Source of the DNA: Chiloscyllium plagiosum | Lineage: Eukaryota | DNA: 44,088 nucleotides | Direction of reading: 5' to 3' | Assembly: GCF_004010195.1 (NCBI RefSeq) | Contig: NC_057719.1 | Location: 70,107,893-70,151,980, forward strand | Shown: positions 12,770 to 25,237 of the stretch, one piece after another | Position numbering within the stretch: position 1 is the first letter of the stretch | Layout: each line of letters starts with the position of its first letter | Position numbers and translations under genes: made by a program | The notes under the pieces: generated by a model | The model's input: only the letters and a program-made list of their open reading frames with translations | Told to the model about the DNA's origin: nothing | Databases searched by the model: none

Positions 12770-13810
12770 TATTCTGCCATGCTGTCCTGGATGGGCCTCC
12801 TCCAAAATGTCCTCATCTCCAAAGGTCTGCTCTTGATCCCCATTTCCTCTGCATCCAGGATATCCCCTTTTTGTCACCTCCAATTATGGAGGGCACAGCA
12901 TGCCAGAATAATGCAGCCACAGTCATTCCGAGCTTAACCACTATGCACCCATCCCAGAGCAGTCCACGCACTGAAATCTCATCTGGAGGTGGCATTTGGT
13001 CTATTCTACTCTGGTCCTCGAAGTGTGGGTAACTTGGTATATTTCTCTTACGTCAGCCTGATGATTTCTTAAAGGTGCTAACAGGCATGTCTGGATGGGA
13101 TAGTCCTCAGCAACCATTTCTTTATGGCCTAATGACTTTGGAAGGAGACAGAAATCTGTGAGTTATTCATCATGGAAGCTCCCAGGATACCCATCACAGA
13201 CCTTTGGCATCAATGGACACAGATAATTTGAGCATTGACGAAGTGGAAGCATTTTCTATGATGAACACTGCAGGTCAGTGATAGGGTGCTCTCAAAGCAA
13301 CATGAGTGCAGTTTTTAACAGCCTGCAACTGGGGGATGCTAATAATGGTGGAGAATCCTACAGCACAGACTGCCTAATTCTCATCACAGGGGAAAGCATA
13401 TGAACCACTGCAATCTACAGAAGATGGCATCAGTGACATTCCCAGAAGCAGGTATGGCTCAAGGGTTCAGAGATGCCATACAGATATCCAGCTGTTCCTT
13501 GAAACAAGCCACTGGCTTTAATTGGAGGGGAGCTGTGACCTTGGTGGGTGACCACCCCATCAAGTGGCTAATCCTTTTGAGCCCATGTCCTGCTCCAGCA
13601 GGTGACACAGTTTGGTGGTGATGGCCTGGGACATCCTTAGTTTGCACCTGCACTGTCCTTCCAAGTGTCAAAGTAAACAACAGCGAGGCCTGTAGATCCA
13701 AGATCTCACCATTCTCCTCTGCCTCCTTGTTGGATCTATACCTTCTTCTTCTCCCTTTGGAGGCTGTGCAGCAGCTTTTGGAGGTTGCTGTTCTTGCTGA
13801 CAAGAAAGTT
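12770..13810 (-). pseudogene. Harbinger (HARBI1-like DDE) transposase pseudogene
   Basis: Minus-strand motifs in the correct order: KVTA, VKNCTHVALRAP (IDCTH, catalytic D to N), FHFVNAQIIC, YPG-S-HD (frameshifted), YPIQTCLLAPLRN, MRFQCVDCSG, IILACCALHNW. Confidence 0.85.
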
Positions 13811-15174
13811 GTAATTGCTCTTTCGTTGTCATTGAATTGGAAGTGTCCACAATGACTCTAGTCACATTGATGTCCATGTGAGATGTGTGAGCCAATAATC
13901 TGTGGGGAAGGTCAGAAAGATACATTTTGTTAAACAAGCCTCATGTTATGCCTTCACATATTGTGGCATGGAGGCTTCCCAAGGAGGTCACTGTCATATC
14001 TCTGTAAGGCACTCTGGCATATGCCACTCTTCAAAGGTACAGTGCATGACAAAGTTTCATGCTACACTAGGGGAATAATATTCTAGCAGGCATTCTTCCA
14101 TGTCACAGACTCTGATATTATATTTACATTGTGTGCAAAAATAGCATTCCCTAAATATTGTCTTCCAGTCACAGTTGTGCTTCTTATATGAAAAATTCAG
14201 GTAATCCTTTTAAGTCTGATCGCATTTGGTTAGCTGACATGGCAGGGAGGCAATTAGTAGCACATGTAATATTCATGATTGCTTGAGGCCATATTTATTT
14301 CTTTATATTCTTGGATGGGGAAAGACTAGCCAATGAAGTGCAAATTTGATGCAGTTATAATTATTGCAATTACAGCAATCGGCTTAATCAGAGTCTCAAA
14401 TTCTAGAAGTTCACACTGCCTCAGAAGATAACAATGTTACTTACACTTCTCACTTTGCACGCGGCGTCAGCCATTTTGAGCAGCTATTGCATGACTAACC
14501 TTCGATCTGATGTGGCAACGTTCCAACTTGTGTTCTTGTCAGTGAGTTCCAGGATCCATATGTGATGCAGGTAGATTATCCCATCCTTTAAGTTCTCTTT
14601 AGCGTTACTGTCTCTGGGGCTTTGATGTCTGTTTAGTCTCCCCTCCCCCTATTTCTGTTGAGTCTTTTTATATAACTATCACTGTCCCCAGTTCACCCTT
14701 GAGCCATGGCTTGAGGTAGAGCCTCTGTTAGCCATATGTTTTCACCATGTAGAGGCCAGTGTGATTGTGTCTTGTGATAGTTTCCCTCCCAAAGCACCCT
14801 GATCCCTCTTATCCTCTGTGTGATCTCGCCTTTCTATCTTAAATTGCTCCCTTTCACCATAATCGTTTCCTCAGCAACCCCACCCAATGAATGCCATTCC
14901 CAGACTTGATTTTCCCACTTTCCCCAGAACAGCATGGATCTCCCCATTTTAAGAACCCTAACTATGAATGTCAAAATCCCTAAAAGTGACTGTGAGCCAT
15001 CTTCTGGATTTCCTTGGCAAGACAGCCTCTATTGAACATGACTCAGCCACTGGACTGATGCCTCCACAGCCCCCAAGTGATGTACCAGTGTTGCCTAGAC
15101 TGGATTCAGTTGATATGCACAACTGACTAACTATGGCCCAATCTCCAACTGCAAAGCATGGGGATCTCTAGACT

Positions 15175-15475
15175 CTGCTACAGACAAACATATAATAATG
15201 GCCATTCAGCCTCTTGACACTGTTCTGCCATTCAATAAGGTTATAGCTAATGTGATTGTAACTTTAAACCATATTCCCACCTACTCCTGATAATATTTAA
15301 AAGGGTTAATAAGTTTATCAACAACTGATTTAAAAATATTCAAAGACTGTTTCCACCACCATCGCAGCAATAGAGAACTAAAGACTCACAACTCTCAAAG
15401 AAAGAAAGACTGCCTCATTCTGTTTGAAATGGACAATACTGATTAGTACATGCTTATCCAAGTTCGTGACTGATC
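15175..15475 (-). mobile_element. Old CR1-type LINE 3' end
   Basis: ggccattcagcctcttga...ctgccattcaataag is the reverse complement of the CR1 terminus seen at 20430-20480. Confidence 0.65.
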
Positions 15476-15494
15476 CTGGCCAATCCTCTGGACT

Positions 15495-16122
15495 AGGATT
15501 AGACAAGTTCAACAGGTAATAGGGAAAGCAAATGGAACGGTGGTCTTTATTTCAAAGGGAATGGAGTATGAAAATAAAGGAAGTCTTGCTAAAACTATAC
15601 AAGACACTAGTTCCACACAGCTAGAATACTGCTAATAGTTTTGGTCCCCTTAATTAAGGGAAGACATCCTGGCATTGGAAGCAGTGCAGAGAATGTTCAC
15701 CAGGTTGATCCTAGGCACGGAGGGATTACTTTATGAGGACAGGTTGAGTAGTTTGTGCCTGTACTCATTGGAGTTCAGAAGGATGAGGAGTAACCTTGAT
15801 GAAATAGAAGACTCTTGGAAATCTTATCTTATGCAGAGGGCAGAGAACATAATCTCAGAGAAAGGGTTGCTCATTTAGGACAGAGATGAGAAGGGAGGTT
15901 CTTCTGAGGGGAGTGAATCTGTTGAATTGTTTTCCACAGAGAGTTGTGGAAGTTGGTTCGTTAACTATGCTCAAGGTTGAGATGGATACATTTTTACCCA
16001 GTAAGGGAGTCAAGGGTTATGGGAAAAGACAAGAAAGTGGATTTGAAGTTTACCAGATCAGCCATGATCTCATTGAATGGCAAAGCAGCCTCAATGGCTC
16101 ATGTCTGCTCCTATGTCTTATT
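15495..16122 (+). mobile_element. CR1-type LINE 3' fragment
   Basis: ORF 15675-15878 EAVQRMFTRLILG..LLYEDRL..LCLYSLEFRRMR; CR1 3' UTR agatcagccatgatctcattgaatggc. Confidence 0.85.
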
Positions 16123-16329
16123 GACCAGTACAGCCTCTGGTCTAAGTGGGATTATATCCCTGAATGAGCAAAGTGCCCCTTGACCCCACTAAGGACCATC
16201 AACCTTTGACTTTTCACCTTGCCATTTGCTTGATGCCCTTGCAATGTGTTTTCCAGATAAACCTCAAAAGGTAGTGATCTCAGGATTCCAAGCTATAGCA
16301 TGTGCTAGTCAGAGTGGAAGTAACAGGAT

Positions 16330-18510
16330 CTATCAGATAAATATATGGCCGAAGAGACTGTGCATAGGGAGGGCTTTAAATTCCTGGGGCATTGGGACCA
16401 TTTATGGCAAAGGTAGGACCAGTACAAATTGGACAGGTTACACCAGTGCAGGACAGGGATTGATTCCTCCGGGCAGAATCTGAATATTTGCTGAATGAAA
16501 ACAGCAGGGGATGCGAACCCATGCAACAAATCAGAGGAAGAGGAAACAAAGACAAGAACAAAAGGGAGAAAGGGGAATAAGAAAAGTGATAGGGAGAGCA
16601 ATTGGGGCCAGGATCAAACAGGACCACAATGCAAACTAATGGGAATAAGATAAGTAATGTTAAAAAGACAGGCCTTAAGACTTTGTGCCTTAATTCTGGA
16701 GCATTCGCAATGAAGTGGATGAATTAATTGCACAGACAGGTGAAACAGGCATGCTGTAGTCAGAATAACAGAGATATGACTTCAGGGTGACCAGGGATGG
16801 GAACTACTCAGGGGTATTCAGTATTTAGGAAGGATATATAAAAAGAAAAATGTGATGTGATTGCATTACTGGTTGTAGAGGAAATTAATGCAGTAGTGAG
16901 GAAAAATATTAGCTCAGATAATATAGAATAGGTAGAGCTGAGAAACACCAAGGGCCAAAAAACAACATTACAGGTGCTGTATATAATCTGGCAAACTGTC
17001 AGGTTGATATTAGGAATGACATTAAACAGGAAATTAGAGATGCAATAAGGGAACATTTGTAATTATGGGTGACTTTAATCTGCAAGTCGATTGAGCAAAT
17101 TAAATTAGCAACAATACAGTAGAGGAGCAAGTCCTGACTGTATAAAGGGATATTTTCTGCACCAATACATAGTGAAACCAACTAGAGATCAGAGCATCCT
17201 TGACTGGGTATTGTGTAATGAGAAAGGAACTTGGTCCTGAATCTAAATAGAGGAAACTCCAGTGGTTCAAAGCATGAGTTGACAATGATAGATTTGCGAT
17301 GTTAGTTAAAGGGATGGTGGTGGAAAGGCAGTAGCCTTGGACAAGGTGCTGCACAGGAGACTGCTAAATAGGATAAGAGCTGATGATATTAGGGCAAGGT
17401 ACTGGAATGGATAGAGGATCGACTGATTGGCAGAAGGCAGAGAGAAAGGGGCCTTTTTCAGATGGCAGCCAGTGACTAGTGGAGTTCCACAGCGGTCAGT
17501 GCTGGAACTATACTGTCCATATGTTAGATTAACAATCTGGATGAAGCAGCTGAGTGTAATTTTGCTAAATTTGCAGATGACACAAAAATAGGTGAAACGC
17601 CAGGTAGTGCTGAATCAACAGGGAGGCTGAAGAAGGACTTGAACAATTTAGGAGTTTGGGCAAAGAAGTATCAGATGGAAACGTCCCTACCCATGGACCG
17701 AGAGACTGGGTTCAAGACCCACCTGCGCCAGAGGTATATAATAACATCTCTGAACAGGTTGATTAGAAAAATAAGTTACAAAAAGAAGCAAGTTGAAAAT
17801 TATGAGGTTATGCACTTTGGTAAAAAGAATAGGGTGGAGACTACTTTTTAAATGGAGAAATGCTTTGGAAATCTCCAGCACAAATGAATCTGGGTGCCCT
17901 AGTTCAGGATTATCTTAAGGTTAACATTCAGGTTCAGCTGATGGTTAAGAACGGAAATGCAAAGTTTGCATTCAATTTCAGAGGACTAGAATACAAGAGC
18001 AGAAGCCATATAAGGCTCTGGTCAGACTGTACTTGAAATATTGTCAGCAGTTTTGGCCCCCATATCTGAGAAGGATCTGCTGATGGAGAGGTTCCAGAGA
18101 AGGTTTACAAGAATGATCATGGGTATTGAAGGGCTTGTCATATGAGGATCGATTGTGAACTCTGGGTCTCAAGTCAATAGAGTTTAGATGGATGAGGGGG
18201 GGGATCTCATTACAACTTACAGAATACTGAGAGGACTGGATAGAGGTTTCCACTAGAAGAAGAGATTAGGACCCACTGTTTCATCCTCAAAGGGAAGGGC
18301 TGAGATGAGGAGGAATATCTTCAGCCACAGGGTGGTGAATCTGTGGAACTCACTGCCACAAAAGGCTGTGGGAGCCAAGTCATTGAGTGTCTTTAAGACA
18401 AGAGACATATATATTTTTGATTGGTAAGGAGATCAAGGTTTCAGTGAGACATAGAACACCCATGATCGAATAGTGGAACATACTCAATGGGTTGAATGGC
18501 CTAAATCTTA
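16330..18510 (+). mobile_element. Decayed, internally deleted CR1-type LINE (ORF1 end, endonuclease, RT, 3' end); possibly a mosaic of copies
   Basis: GDFN endonuclease motif near 17068, SGVPQRSVL near 17478, KFADDTKIG at 17567-17593, CR1-like terminus near 18460-18510. Confidence 0.8.
17683..17771 (+). mobile_element. Short tRNA-derived SINE (family B), 5'-truncated, inserted in CR1
   Basis: B box GGTTCAAGACC; tail ctgaacaggttgattagaaaa shared with the other family-B copies. Confidence 0.75.
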
Positions 18511-18519
18511 TGGCAAACA

Positions 18520-20505
18520 TTCAAAGAGTGGTTGGTGAAGTGCAACAATTGCTCATTCCTGTAGCACACAAAAGTCAATTTGCAAAGGTGGCCAAATCAT
18601 AGCTTACAACGGAAATCAGAAATTGTATTAGATCCAAGGAAGAGGCATACAAATTGGTCAGAAAATCAATAACAGACCTGTGGAGTGACAGCAGTACAGA
18701 ATTAAAAAAGTGAAAATACAGTACGAAAATAAAGTTGTGGGAAACATAAATACTGACTTTAAACATTTGCATAGCCATATAGAATCATATGAGGAGAAAA
18801 AGATTGTTGAAGACAAATGTAGGTCCCTTACCATTAGAAACAGGGGAATATGTAATGTGGAGTAAAGAGACAACAGACCAAACAAATACATAACTTGGTT
18901 CTGCCTTCACAAAGAAGGATACATATAATATCCCAAAAATGTTGGAAAATGGGCCGAGTGAAAAGGAAACGGTGTTGGGGAAATTGATGGGATTGAAGGA
19001 TAAACCCTCAGAGCCCGATAATCTACATTCCACAATGCTCAAGAAAGTTGCCCTAGAAATAACTGATACATTTATGGTCAGCTTTCAAGATTCTGTAAAC
19101 TCTGGATCAGTTCCTACATATTGGAGGGTGGCTGATATAACCCCCTCATTTGGAAAGGGACGTAGAGAGAAGACAGAGAATTATAGACCAGTCAGTTTGA
19201 TGTGGATAATGGGGAAAATGCTCGAGTCTCGTATAAAAGATGTAATGCGAAGTAACTGGAAAACAGTGGCAGGATCAGACAAAACCAGCATGGATAAACA
19301 AAAGAAAAATTATGATTAACAAGTAAACTGGAATGTTTCGAGAATGTAAACTACCAGAGTTGGGGAGTCAGTGGCTCTATTGTTTTTGGACTTTTAGAGA
19401 AAGTCCCATATAAGGTATTAGCATGTACAATAAATAACTTGGAATTGGTGTAGTGTACTGAGATGGATAGACAGGGAACAAAGAGTAGGAATAATGGGCC
19501 TTTTTCCATTTGATGGGCAGTGGTTAGTGGGGTATCGGGATATCGCAGTGAGGATTCCAGCAATTCACAAAGCATACTAATAATTTAGATGAGGAAACTA
19601 ATTTTCAGATGACGGAAGGTAAATTATACAGAGGATGTAGAGATGCTTCAGTGTGATTTGGACAAGTTGAGTGAGTGGGTAAATGCACAGCATATGCAGT
19701 ATAATGTGGATAAATATGAGGCTATCCACTTTCGTAGCAAAAACAGGAAAGCAGACTATATTCCGAATAACTATAAATTGACAGATGAAAATGTGTAACT
19801 TAGATCTGGGTGTCCTCGTACACCAGTTGTTGAAGGTAAGCACATAGGTGCAGCAGGGTGTAAAGAAGGCAAATAGTATGTTGGATATCTGAGTGAGAGG
19901 ATTCAAGTACAAAAGCAAGAATGCCTTGCTGCAATCATACAGGGCTATGGTGAGACCACCCCTGGAATACTGTAAAGCAGATCTGGCCATTTTATCTGAG
20001 GAATGATATTCTTGTTATAGAGGGAGTGTAATGAAGGATTACTAGAGATTGTGCGATTGACATACTAGGATAGATTGAATTGGTTAGGATTATACACACT
20101 AGAGTTCAGAACAATGATTGGGAATCTCATAGAAACCTATAAAATTTCAACAAGACTAGACAAGGGAGATGCAGGAAGGATGTTCCCAATGGTAAGAGAG
20201 TCCAGAACCAGGGGTCATAGTTTAAGGTTAACGGGTAAACCTTTTAGGACTGAGATAAGAAGAGATTTCTTCACCCAGAAAGTGGTGAGCCTGTGTAATG
20301 TGTTACCCCAGAAAGCAATCTAGGCTTAACTATTGTATGATTTCAAGAAGGAGTTGATCACAGAACTTGCAGCTACAGGAGTCAATGAATGAGGGAAAAG
20401 TGGGATCAGGCTATTGAGTTGGATGATTAGCCATGATCATATTGAATGGCACAGCAGGTTTGAAGGGCTGAATGGCTTACTCCTGCTCCTATTTTCTGTG
20501 TTTCT
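18520..20505 (+). mobile_element. CR1-type LINE ORF2 fragment through the 3' end
   Basis: ORF 18939-19319 GSVPTYWRVADITPSFGKGRREKTENYRPVSL; ORF 20075-20323 LGLYTLEFRTMIGNLIETYKI..SRTRGHSLRL; terminus ggctgaatggcttactcctgctcctatt. Confidence 0.9.
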
Positions 20506-21212
20506 CAGTTGCTGGCACATGCTGCAGGTATGATGTTAACATAGCCCAATGCTATGTAGCAACACATCTACTTCTTTGACAGCTTAGTGTTCTCTCCTGT
20601 GATATCCCTCTGCGCTAAAAAGCAATGCAAGCCACAGAGACTGCTAATCTCCAAGTAAGCGTAAAGTGAGTGAGAACAAAGAAAACAAGCTCAGAGCAAT
20701 AAGATTCATCCTGTGCAGATGTATGAGATTCATGTATTCCTTACACATAAAAACATGAAAGTTATAGGTATTCCTGAGCTCCAAAGCAAAGTGCTAAAAT
20801 GCTGAAGTGATTTGGGATTTGGTCTATAGCAACTATGGTGAAGTGATGAGGCTGATGGTATGGTAATGCTGACTTGCCTGTACGAGGTTTGAGGCAGAGG
20901 TGCTCTTGGATCACGCAGGAATGTTCTACTGCATACACAGTGTTGGATGATAGTCAGGACAAGCCATCAGCAAGCTATGTCCACCAGGAAGTCACTCTGA
21001 CATTCATTTCTGGAATTTGCATCATCTAGTTTCTCAGGGAAAGAGATGAGAATTGGAAATGGTACAAAAATGAGGTATTTTGGCTTAATAATGAAACGAA
21101 ATGCACAGAAATAAGTTTTTCAACACCCAACAGCTAAACTCGTAAGTTGCTTAAGAGGGAAACCACAGAACATTTACGATATCAAAATTTTGATTAGTTC
21201 ATTCTTGTTAAA

Positions 21213-22120
21213 GTAAGGTGCCTTCTAAGTACTTCTTCATTTTCCCATCATCTTTGTTTTCACAGTAATTCATAGCAACTTTTTGCAATCAGACTACTTT
21301 TTTAAAATCTATATTCTAAGATGGTATGTGGAAAAGCACATGTAAAAACCTTTGCATTTGCTTCAAGTTAATGGGGTTTTCATGGAATTAAATAACATTT
21401 AATGATAACTTCTCAACTGTGAAGAACAATTTGACAATCTTAGCTTTCCCATCTTTCCTTCCAGTTCCCATTCCACAGGGAAAAGCCACCCATTATTTCT
21501 GACTGTCTATAAGACATAGTTCAGAAAACTTGTAAACGATCACCAACATGCTACTTTAACTGATCTGAGAAGGCATCTGCATTGTAATGGATGTGAGTGA
21601 AACACTGCTAATTTAAAATGGAATCCACCACCATGAAAAATGCAACACACTCATTCTTAAATATAAACTCCAAATTTGTCTCTGATAAACCTGTTTGATT
21701 ACCTGATGCATTCTCACACTGTCCATTCGACCCGGCAACAATTTCCCAAACAGTTTCAGATAACATGCAATGACATACTAAGGTAGCTTCTTACTGCTTC
21801 ATTATTTTTTACAGTAGTTTTGTAGCTATCATAAAGAAGAATTATTGCAATCAGACTGTATTTTTAAAAAGTTAAATATTGAGATGATGTGTGGAAATGC
21901 AAGTGTAAGGTACTTGCCATTTGCTTCAAGACAATGGTTTTCCTGTAATTTAGAATTTGAGAACATCTTATCTGTGAAGAACAATTTGATCATCTTAGCT
22001 GTCACACTGCAAATTGTCACACTGCAAATTGTACAATTTTATTCACACGGTGAAACAAACAGGAACTTGAAAACAGAACCAAGTCGTAAAGCAACTCACA
22101 TTCGTTATCTGCTACTTTCG
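21213..22120. repeat. Old, diverged direct duplication with ~555-565 bp period
   Basis: Shared blocks ttgcaatcagact, tgtggaaa, catttgcttcaag (21355/21918) and ctgtgaagaacaatttga..atcttagct (21417/21972, 27/29 identical). Confidence 0.8.
22000..22032. repeat. 15-bp tandem duplication
   Basis: tgtcacactgcaaat twice. Confidence 0.9.
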
Positions 22121-23099
22121 ACAAAGGTAAAGCCTAAATTTCAAATTTGGTTAAATTTCAGCCTCTGATTGCCAATGAAGCTCTCAAAAATGTACCACAG
22201 CCTAACTGAGCAGGAAAAAATTACTGTAGTTTATTACTAATATTTCTCTTAAAAATGTTAAATGCAGAACCAATTATGTGATATATTCTCATCATAATCT
22301 AATTAAAGTAACTCATTACTTGCTGTACTACTGAGAATCATTATATATTTGGACAGAACATGAGAACACCAGCTTGCATCGGATTGAACTTACTGTGAAC
22401 TGCTGGCACTTTAAGAGCTGACAATATGTTAAAGCAGTAACTATCATTTTCAAACATTTTCTGGATGTCCATAATCCAGACCCTAATGTTCTATACAATG
22501 CTTGTTGGCTGCAGGTATCTGCAAACAATGTTATGTCTATCATGTTTAATGTAGTTGGTGCTATATGCTGGTTTGCTTAGTGCAGAGGGTTGGAGACAGA
22601 TAACACCGCCCCCCCCCTCCCAACCCGCCAATTTCATGAATAAATTAGAGGGAGCTATTTTAAACAAAAGCTGAAAATAGACAAATAGATGTTACATTAG
22701 TAAATCTGGATTTACCACATAACTCGTAAATGCTAAGTACAATAATTTAAATTTATCTGGCGGTGTAAAACCAAACATTTGCATGTTTAGTATTCAAGTG
22801 CTAATTATAACATTGCAGAACTGTATATGTGGGCTCCTTGCACCTATTTTCACTGAAGGTGTGAGTGCATTGACTGGCAGGACATAAGATGATTCACAGA
22901 CTGAGAGAAAGCTACAGTGCCCAGCATCTCAGATGTGACAGTGGAGATCCTGGTAGAGCAAGGACATTCTGTACTTGCAGGAAGTGGGATATAGGAGAAC
23001 TTCCGATCACCCTCATTTCTTTCTCTCCAGCAGCAACACCTTTATCAACTCCTCCCATTCCTTGTCCAGAACAATTACTCTCTCTTTCCCATCCCTTAG

Positions 23100-24000
23100 C
23101 AAATTTTGTATTCATAGTACAACTGTTCTTTTTTTTTATCCATGACTATACATTTCCCAAAGTCTGTAATCCGGCACTGAATCAAATGCCTTCCACAATT
23201 CCAGGTACACCACATCAACAGCCTCGCCCTCATAAACCCTCTTGGTGATTTCTTCAGAAATTCAGCAAGACATGATTTTCCTTTAAAAAATCCATGCTGG
23301 CATTTCCAACTTTCCATGTCACAATTAATTCTTATTGGAATTTTTTTTCTAGAATTTAACACAATGCTTAAGATAAACTGACTGGTCTACAACCTTTATA
23401 AACTTTTCTGAACAAGGGCATAATGTTTGCAATTCACCAGTCCTCCAGCACAATCCATCTAAATGGCGGGTTCTCCCTGTATTCTAACGTTGCTAACCAG
23501 TCTCCCATGGGGAACCTTGTCAAATGCCTTACTGAAGTCCATATAGATCACATCTTACTGAAGTCCATATAGATCACATCTACCGCTCTGTCCTCATCAA
23601 TCTTTTTTGTTACTTCTTAAAAAAAACGCAATCAAGTTTGTGAGACACGAGTTCCCACGCATAAAACAATGTTGACTATTTCTAATCAATCCTTGCCTTT
23701 CCAAATACATGCACATCCTGTCCCCCAGGATTCCCTCCAACAACTTGCTCACAGCCAATATCAGGCTCACTGGTCTATAGTTCCCTGGCTTGTCCTTACC
23801 ACCTTTCTTAAACAGTGGCACCACATTAGCCAACCTTCCGGCACCTCACCTGTGACTATCGATGATACAAATATCTCAGTAAGAGGCCCAGCAATCACTT
23901 CTCTAGCTTCCCACAGAGTTCTAGGGTACGCCTGATCAGCTTTTGGGGATTTATCCACTTTTATGCATTTCAAGACATCCAGCACTTCCTCCTCTGTAAT
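23100..24000 (-). mobile_element. Two adjacent CR1 RT fragments (older 23100-23460, younger 23480-24000)
   Basis: QHGFFKGKSCL (ORF 23096-23362); ANVVPLFKKGGKDKPGNYRPVSL and SQHCFMRGNSCLTNL (ORF 23597-23833); 26-bp perfect tandem duplication at 23528-23581. Confidence 0.9.
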
Positions 24001-25237
24001 ACTTTACCAAAGTTTAAAGTTATACACCAAAAACCATCATTTTACTTTCATACAGTCGCAAAAATCAAAGTATGTAAATTAATTCATTGAAAATTTGGCA
24101 AGTTAGAATTAAATAAATTGATTCATATTTTGGTTTCACCTCGCAGTCATTATAATGACACCTTATGCACAATTACGTTCATAAACATCTGCTAGTTTGT
24201 ACACAACAACTGCAAATGTGGTGTCACTCAGCTTCTGTAGTTGAAGTTGAATATTATGAATTAAGCAAGTGCAAAATAAAACCCTTTCAAATAATCACTG
24301 GGTTCAGATCAAGATGCACACAAGGTTTGAAACTGTGTGTTAAGATTTAATAGGCCATCAGATGACAATTTGTAGAAACCATCACTTCACACTTCCTCAT
24401 TTCTTCCTATCATTCAGCAACTCTTACTTCAAAAATGTAACTACTGCAACCCAACCTTAGTATGGTTGTTTCTCCTTCCCACTACTACTTCTGTTTTTGT
24501 GACTGATATGCCTAGCTCCTATAAGTGTTTCCTATATAAATTCCATTCTCGCTAGGCATTACCCTGCTGCTGTTTTCCTTCCACGAGTTCTGCATCTTGT
24601 GAAATTTGTATGCTGTACTCTAGTCTCATACACTGCTTCAGACCCAGACTCCAATAGCGTTATTTCCTTCCCCGTACACAAAAATAATTGATAAAGTGGT
24701 TGAATTAATTTTCTCATTAAAATTCTATTTAATCATAACTTTTGCTGCTAACTTGTACATTAATTATATTTAATAGCATGCATTTAAAATTAAGGCCTTC
24801 TTTTGCACAAATAAGCATAAATTAATACAAAGGGCAAACAAGTCATAATAATTGGGAACAGTAATTTTTAAAATAATGCTTAAATTCATTGTCAGTGAAC
24901 AATGCCACAAGGTTTTCTAAAATAAATTATTTAAAAAATCTGCATAGGAATGAAACATTATGTCCTCCACTCACACTGGAATTTATGCTTTCATTATAAT
25001 AGGGTTTCTGCAATAATCTGTATTTACAGTACTATGCTGTACTGAGTGAATCCTAGTGTAGGATGTATAGTACATTAAATCATATTCCTTCAGGTTTGAT
25101 ATTGGGTCATACAGCAGCCTGCAAAAATGTCAGTGAAAAGTGTAAGTCAGAAATGATTCTGAATTCAATAAAGTTGTCTCATTTAATAGTTGGTACATAT
25201 GCAGTCACATCAACCCTTGTTCCAGGCCATGCATGCC

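Larger units (their letters stand above)
10540..14400. mobile_element. Decayed PIF/Harbinger DNA transposon (convergent Myb/SANT-like and transposase genes)
   Basis: Both diagnostic Harbinger genes are recognisable as pseudogenes; TIRs and TSD not confidently seen, so the ends are approximate. Confidence 0.75.

Noticed and set aside
12770..13810. Host HARBI1 gene
   Set aside because: Multiple stops and frameshifts, mutated catalytic Asp and an adjacent Myb/SANT partner indicate a dead transposon
25094..25141. 48-nt plus-strand exon-like segment (ttccttcag...GTAAGT)
   Set aside because: No recognisable peptide and no compatible neighbours; shows how easily such sites arise by chance
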